Assembly: GCA_964499685.1 (NCBI GenBank)
Contig: CAZCLW010000001.1
Location: forward strand, 28,278-92,277
Reading direction: 5' to 3'
Length of the DNA: 64,000 nt
Source: an uncultured Planctomycetales bacterium
GTDB lineage: Bacteria; Omnitrophota; Gorgyraeia; Zapsychrales; GWA2-47-8
The stretch's first letter is position 1, and each line of letters begins with the position of its first letter. A program made the translations under genes and the position numbers. The notes beneath the pieces were generated by a model. It had not been told where the DNA came from. It ran no database searches and was given only the letters and a program-made list of their open reading frames with translations. Shown here one piece after another: positions 63,001 to 64,000 of this stretch.

Positions 63001-64000
63001 GGCCCAGACCAGCACCGGCACGACTGTCCGCATGGTCGAGCCGCTTTCACTCATTGCCGGTCTAATTGCCCTGCGCAACATCCATCCGATCGTGAATATT
63101 GTTATCGATCTCCTTATCCTTTTAGCGATCGTTATGATGGTCCGGAATATCCGCAAGCTGGCCAAAGCTCGTCCGGCTGAACAAAAAGCCGGCGGCTACG
63201 CCGGCATGAGCCACGGTCAAGCCGAGCAGCAACTGGAAGCCTATCAGTCTTCGGGTATCCATATTGATTTAGCCGCCAGCAGCGATATCTTGTTTGGCTA
63301 CCAGTTGGCCTTGATCTACATGGGCAAGCGGAATAAATTGAACCAAAACCGCGCTCCGCCACTGGTCTTCATCGTTGAAAATCGACAAACAAGATTTGGG
63401 GCGGTGTTCATTGAGGAAGAAAACCACATTTATTTTGAGCGTTCCCTCTTTGTTCAATTAAGCACTTCTCCGGCAGCTCTGCGTAAATTTGCCCGCGTTT
63501 TTGTCTTTATCTTAAACAACCATCCGAGTCATCTTCATAATCGTTTGGTGGAATACCGTTACGTCGCCCAATTGATCATTGTCCCCGCTGTTCAGTGGGG
63601 CCGCAATATCAAGACTTGGCTGCTCAGTTACCGCAAGGTCTGGGTCAATCGCAACGTCATGGCAGGGGCAGGGCTTTTCAGCATTGAAGAACTCAAGGCG
63701 GCCAAGGCCATTATCGACCGGTATTTATCTCCGACACCGCTGATATATTCCCATAGCTTAAGCGAGATCATTGGAGCGAATGTTTGGCTTAAATTCAATA
63801 CGCGCCATAAATTGAACGGAACGACGATCGAAACGCATTCCTATAAGATCCGCGGTGTTCTCTATAAGATCCTTGAAGCCATACAAGGAAAGACCCCTGA
63901 GCAGATAGCACAGATATCGTTTGTGGCTGCTTCCGCCGGCAATCTTGCTGAAGCCGTGGCCGCTGCGGCCAAGCTCGTGGGCGCCAAGGGCGTGATCTAC
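2..64000 (+). CDS. Internal fragment of a giant multidomain protein gene, partial at both ends. 21,333 consecutive sense codons in phase 2, with no start or stop in the window.
   Basis: Manual codon-by-codon read of the frame starting at nt 2 found no TAA/TAG/TGA through nt 64000. The ORF track has no + strand ORF in this phase, and the other five frames are fragmented into ORFs under 350 aa. Codon bias is consistent along the frame, and many recognisable protein motifs are all in this one frame. Confidence 0.93.
4960..5640 (+). other. Repeated module copy 1, containing a phosphoribosyltransferase-like PRPP-loop motif (VVLIDDAAYSGTST, nt 5386-5430), preceded by a NAAML motif
   Basis: Translation ...FIADNITHISQEDFESALGESVDQFNQ...YVVLLPPGNKSNTWVYQLARENNLREPVAVHVV...VVLIDDAAYSGTSTVGS. 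Type I PRTase motif: hydrophobic stretch, acidic DD, then SGT. Confidence 0.4.
8100..8500 (+). other. Fic/Fido-like segment with a substituted core motif QPFVDGNSRTAG (nt 8330-8365). Canonical HxFx[DE]GNGRxxR with the catalytic His replaced by Gln.
   Basis: Translation ...VGVAAEVIADLVYWQPFVDGNSRTAGLLANYVLIKAGHRPF. Spacing and flanking hydrophobics match Fic motif geometry. Confidence 0.4.
9500..9620 (+). other. Minimal nucleotidyltransferase (pol-beta superfamily) motif GS-x-DxD: IGTGSVARDRAVTG...SDYDVRVVV
   Basis: hG[GS] followed about 20 residues later by DhDh, as in MNT-fold nucleotidyltransferases. Confidence 0.35.
9940..10420 (+). other. Repeated module copy 2, a diverged paralogue of 4960-5640, with PRTase-like motif IAIFDDASYSGTQT (nt 10262-10300)
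   Basis: ...ARFIADNIQHIPQQEFERKLQRSVAAFNEE...YVAVSETGKSNEWVYELAREQGLREPQAV...IAIFDDASYSGTQTAEIV aligns position by position with copy 1, at roughly 45-50% amino-acid identity by eye. Confidence 0.4.
11240..11420 (+). other. Second minimal nucleotidyltransferase motif: LKGSALWGVKGKKKEDIDLVVMV (nt 11262-11335)
   Basis: Classic GS...[DE]hDh signature of pol-beta-type nucleotidyltransferases. Confidence 0.4.
15830..17560 (+). other. SecA-like / SF2 DEAD-motor ATPase domain. Motif I IAQNAAGKTLAIFLTAL (15881-15905); ILTLDETF; motif II ILDEVDDALNREVTYIVS (16299-16350); motif III GVSATDAG (16928-16950); motif VI-like HAVNRNTRAEEDQGRK (17497-17545).
   Basis: Order and spacing are Walker A, about 135 aa, DEVD, about 210 aa, SAT, about 190 aa, arginine-rich motif VI. 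This mirrors the SecA layout NBD1-insert-NBD2. Compare SecA MKTGEGKTL...VHVVTVNDYLA...DEVDSILIDEARTPLIIS. Confidence 0.6.
20790..21180 (+). other. Pro-rich then Gly/Ser-rich flexible linker (PPLPEEDL...IQIPPAIMPPAVLPAPILNLG...GGTGGSGGGSGGSGGSDPGASPAGPSG)
   Basis: Low-complexity translation; GGSGG repeats at 21087-21140. Confidence 0.7.
21200..22440 (+). other. Ser/Thr/Ala/Val-rich low-complexity region with atypical, A/T-richer codon usage (gta, agt, aca, tca, gtt)
   Basis: Local codon preference visibly differs from the GCC/CCG/ATC-dominated remainder. Contains the short internal repeat ILGVRAEET / ILGVRGSEE (16-nt DNA repeat attctcggagtgcgcg, 192 nt apart). Confidence 0.5.
22440..23310 (+). 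other. Cluster of about four predicted transmembrane helices (LIAFIIAISVVLSLL; ILSTVAGIGARTVVMAGAVLFLAAPAFA; LIAASFLGLSTNTWLVVGGVLVAFGAILAAIKLF; VLITLLLALITGMFAGAM)
   Basis: Hydrophobic 18-30 residue stretches flanked by charged residues (RNLSDKKK). Confidence 0.6.
24840..25200 (+). other. M23 (LytM)-like segment lacking the Zn-ligand histidines: GYRYTVPENTPVYAPTTGIVVKA...NYVITIRT...AHLGALNIKVGDAVRQGNLIGVAAKEQTGTNSSYFY
   Basis: Matches the M23 pattern GTPV.A...G.V....NYV.I.H.....Y.HL....V..G..V..G..IG..G.TG, but lacks the HxxxD and HxH Zn ligands (no HLHFE). This resembles the variant LytM domains of EnvC/NlpD. Confidence 0.4.
32700..34560 (+). other. YD/RHS-like beta-repeat region (recurring G..xYxYD/G motifs: VYTYNGPFG, TYLYDATKPEG, TRYVFDGYKS, RLTYEGISG, RYHDGQQIV, TYEYVKGHEN, AEYHTGKLV)
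   Basis: Tyr/Asp/Gly-punctuated repeats of about 20 aa period, typical of YD-repeat shells; by eye only. Confidence 0.35.
35030..36450 (+). other. Transmembrane helix cluster (LLAPTIVVIVSAFAIFTITIPLLLLAVTALISRVF; ILVVSVVIGAVGLLTYIKLTFAMSLIPFVGLALTVALLGWQII; FAAWVGTSALLAVVSFYYAAGAMPFWILTIFGGITFAFNTVVAL)
   Basis: Long hydrophobic stretches in the translated frame. Confidence 0.6.
38290..39560 (+). other. Transmembrane helix clusters (38290-38790 and 39170-39560) separated by a Lys/Glu-rich charged, AT-richer segment (38790-39170: KKEGKKKAEGENKKKKTE...)
   Basis: Hydrophobic stretches IIFLFAFFVSFTPFAYLAFPAFFIGL, WGVILLAIVVFAPFHPVGVAAQLFFYVLPFAFIFGPFLANGLGIV, FILTPMLGVLATGFTGIVALTAIGKVTIAVGVIVVIGIVMAIVSSIL. 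The charged region shows a local codon and composition shift. Confidence 0.6.
40690..41800 (+). other. ROK/ASKHA-family sugar-kinase-like domain, copy 1 (GIDVGASDVKV; VVVGLLNDGDAGAVSVAG; LSLGTGLAGGYV)
   Basis: Phosphate-1 loop hhGIDhG..., the ND(A/G)NAAA catalytic-Asp motif and the GTGhGGG adenosine motif, in the order typical of ROK/glucokinase/GlcNAc kinases. No CxCGxxGC zinc motif. Confidence 0.6.
42390..43390 (+). other. Sugar-1-phosphate nucleotidyltransferase-like domain (MILAGGDGKRNYPIT, nt 42404-42450) followed by a left-handed beta-helix / hexapeptide-repeat region (43080-43340), copy 1. The arrangement is GlmU/MurU-like.
   Basis: ILAGGxGxRhxPhT signature, followed by ...NKGLVSSLNGEPNIYQAIKQ. 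The C-terminal VIVSADVRLGKAVKIENGAIILGKGSIEAGLIEKGAVVINTTAKEV... shows hexad periodicity. Confidence 0.6.
43901..43915 (+). other. HExxH zincin-like motif (LLAERLFHELGHTNN) inside unit B; also at 48038-48052 in copy 2
   Basis: Short motif only; no downstream third ligand identified. Confidence 0.2.
44400..45560 (+). other. YvcK/CofD (UPF0052)-like domain, copy 1 (VVVVIGGNGSLS; ITDNGGRTGEQ; LGDQ; ADAIIFGPGSLYSSILSQLTVPGLAVAV...KIWFFNHVNMEETSNYTFMDYVNAIERVL)
   Basis: Matches the family hallmarks GGGxG, DDGGSSGRL, PPGDhRN and ADhIVhGPGSLYTSIhPNLLVPGI...NLMTQPGET..YT..DH in the correct order. Confidence 0.65.
46383..47620 (+). other. Spacer between the two exact repeat copies. The N-terminal part is a diverged copy of 39880-40280 (RRLPGEKM...TTYPAYNNL...). 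A Nudix-like segment with substituted box residues follows at about 47000-47190 (AFVVAPDGKVVFQRRAHHKRAAPWQISIYGGHVKAGHSYEHTILHEELPEELEI).
   Basis: Side-by-side comparison of the translations. Nudix box GX5EX7REUXEEXGU is only approximately satisfied (HEELPEELEI). Confidence 0.35.
47621..50519 (+). repeat. Copy 2 of the 2,899-bp exact direct repeat (unit B), including the YvcK/CofD-like domain copy 2 at about 48537-49697
   Basis: See copy 1. Confidence 0.85.
50950..52060 (+). other. ROK/ASKHA sugar-kinase-like domain, copy 2 (diverged paralogue of 40690-41800; GIDVGASDVKV; VVVGVLNDGDAGAISVAG; LSLGTGLAGGYV)
   Basis: Aligns with copy 1 throughout, at roughly 60-70% amino-acid identity by eye. 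Confidence 0.6.
52660..53690 (+). other. Sugar-1-phosphate nucleotidyltransferase-like (MVLAGGDGKRNYPIT, 52675-52725) plus left-handed beta-helix region, copy 2
   Basis: Diverged paralogue of 42390-43390. Confidence 0.6.
54340..55960 (+). other. Third YvcK/CofD (UPF0052)-like domain (LSFGGGSGMLVILKALK; SIDDGGSTYKL; SIGDLVNAL; ITFGPGSPFTSTLIHLLVSDVPEAL)
   Basis: Best match of the three to the family signatures GGGTGLSxLLRGLK, DDGGSSGRLR, PPGDIRN, GPGSLYTSILPNLLVPGI. Confidence 0.7.
57670..58620 (+). other. HAD-superfamily phosphatase-like domain (motif I FVFDVDGTLL at 57685-57712; motif IV-like YFGDEF at 58484-58500), probably with a cap domain in between
   Basis: DxDGT nucleophile motif with both aspartates present; a distal GDxx acidic motif about 265 aa downstream. 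Confidence 0.55.
58960..59350 (+). other. GHKL / histidine-kinase-like ATPase (HATPase_c) domain 1 (N-box EEILKNAFDA; G1 SEDGIGI; G2 GGDGMGSLWAELLMEVYGGSL; ...ARMTLP)
   Basis: Bergerat-fold motifs in canonical order. Confidence 0.55.
59420..60990 (+). other. Alpha-D-phosphohexomutase (PGM/PMM/GlmM-like) domain with all four signature loops: KFGTSGLRG (59434-59457), TGSHIPDDRNGIK (59717-59755), DGDADR (60185-60202), HFRPSGNAPQFRIY (60904-60945)
   Basis: The loops appear in the canonical order of the four PGM/PMM subdomains: N-terminal GxSGhRG, the phosphoserine loop TASHNP (here TGSHIP, Ser retained), the metal loop DGDGDR, and the sugar-phosphate loop (G)RPSGTEP..R.Y. Confidence 0.75.
61340..61700 (+). 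other. GHKL / HATPase_c-like domain 2 (DEILKNAFDA; SDNGIGV; GGLGIGIHWSQVLAMIHGGGMEF; ...VRITLP), paralogous to domain 1
   Basis: Same motif set as 58960-59350. The two flank the phosphohexomutase domain. Confidence 0.55.
61790..63150 (+). other. Transmembrane helix cluster (ILGMLAGFLVIRNAYPVVAIALEIIAVGILSVIAY; VNVLIVLAVLAGIGTVVSLIIFL; VWLGLTTLYFGVFTFLAV; LIAGLIALRNIHPIVNIVIDLLILLAIVMMV)
   Basis: Hydrophobic stretches in frame. Confidence 0.6.
61999..62110 (+). repeat. Short direct repeat: ttc(c/t)aacctaccgtggcgggttgtt(c/a)gg(g/a)atctt, two copies 75 nt apart, encoding SNLPWRVVR(D/N)L. A partial third copy ccgtggcgggttg lies at 62185.
   Basis: Direct base comparison. Confidence 0.7.
63700..64000 (+). 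other. N-terminal part of a PLP-dependent fold-type-II (tryptophan-synthase-beta-like) domain, truncated by the window end: TPL...LKFNTRHKLNGTTIETHSYKIRGVLYKILEA...ISFVAASAGNLAEAVAAAAKLVGAKGVIY
   Basis: Matches T.L......V.LK.E..NPTGSFK.RG (PLP-binding Lys) followed by V.AASSGNHG.A.A.AA..G of threonine dehydratase / cysteine synthase / threonine synthase. Only about 100 aa are visible. Confidence 0.5.

Noticed and set aside
2-64000. Possibility that the window contains several genes, or uses an alternative genetic code that hides stops
   Set aside because: A gene boundary requires an in-frame stop and none exists in phase 2. All three standard stop codons are absent in frame over 64 kb (the alternative codes 4 and 25 reassign only TGA). 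The standard code is therefore sufficient and a single ORF is the only reading.
1-64000. Searched for tRNA/rRNA/CRISPR/terminator/promoter signals
   Set aside because: No intergenic space exists in the window. No repeat-spacer arrays, no cloverleaf-like or rRNA-like segments were seen. Hairpins inside coding sequence were not treated as terminators.

Overview
All 64,000 nt lie inside a single uninterrupted open reading frame on the + strand, with codons phased from position 2 (2,5,8,...). I read this frame codon by codon from 2 to 64000 and saw no TAA, TAG or TGA. The supplied ORF track agrees: it lists no + strand ORF in that phase, only short ORFs in the other two + frames and short antisense ORFs of at most 348 aa. 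That is 21,333 sense codons with neither start nor stop in view, so the window is an internal fragment of a giant gene longer than 64 kb, encoding a protein of more than 21,000 aa. Codon usage is strongly biased (GCC, CCG, ATC, GAA, AAG; GC about half, G/C-rich third positions) and consistent along the frame, except for two compositional islands at about 21.2-23.0 kb and 38.8-39.9 kb. I find no rRNA, tRNA, CRISPR, transposase or intergenic region. The translation is a mosaic of recognisable enzyme-like modules separated by helical, low-complexity and transmembrane segments: two PRTase-like modules; a Fic-like motif with the catalytic His replaced; two minimal nucleotidyltransferase (GS...DxD) motifs; a SecA-like DEAD-motor ATPase; an M23-like (LytM) segment lacking the Zn-ligand histidines; a YD/RHS-like beta-repeat region; and several clusters of hydrophobic transmembrane helices. 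Most striking is a sugar-nucleotide cassette present in two diverged copies (ROK/ASKHA-like sugar kinase followed by an NTP-transferase 'ILAGGDGKR' domain and a left-handed beta-helix), three YvcK/CofD (UPF0052)-like domains, a HAD phosphatase (DVDGTL), a complete alpha-D-phosphohexomutase domain (FGTSGLRG, TGSHIPDD, DGDADR, RPSGNAPQFR) flanked by two GHKL/HATPase-like domains, and the first ~100 residues of a PLP fold-type-II domain (SYKIRG...AASAGN) cut off by the window end. A 2,899-bp segment (43484-46382) is repeated exactly, in frame, at 47621-50519 (offset 4137 nt = 1379 codons), while the flanking modules are old, diverged paralogues. A short motif xNAAML[AS] recurs ten times between 4 and 16 kb. 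Overall this looks like a membrane-threaded giant multi-enzyme protein carrying a UDP-sugar and cell-envelope-precursor toolkit. Giant genes of this scale have been reported from a few bacterial lineages, for example Chlorobium chlorochromatii and Omnitrophota, but I cannot assign a taxon from sequence alone. All domain calls are motif-level recognitions made by eye and need HMM confirmation.
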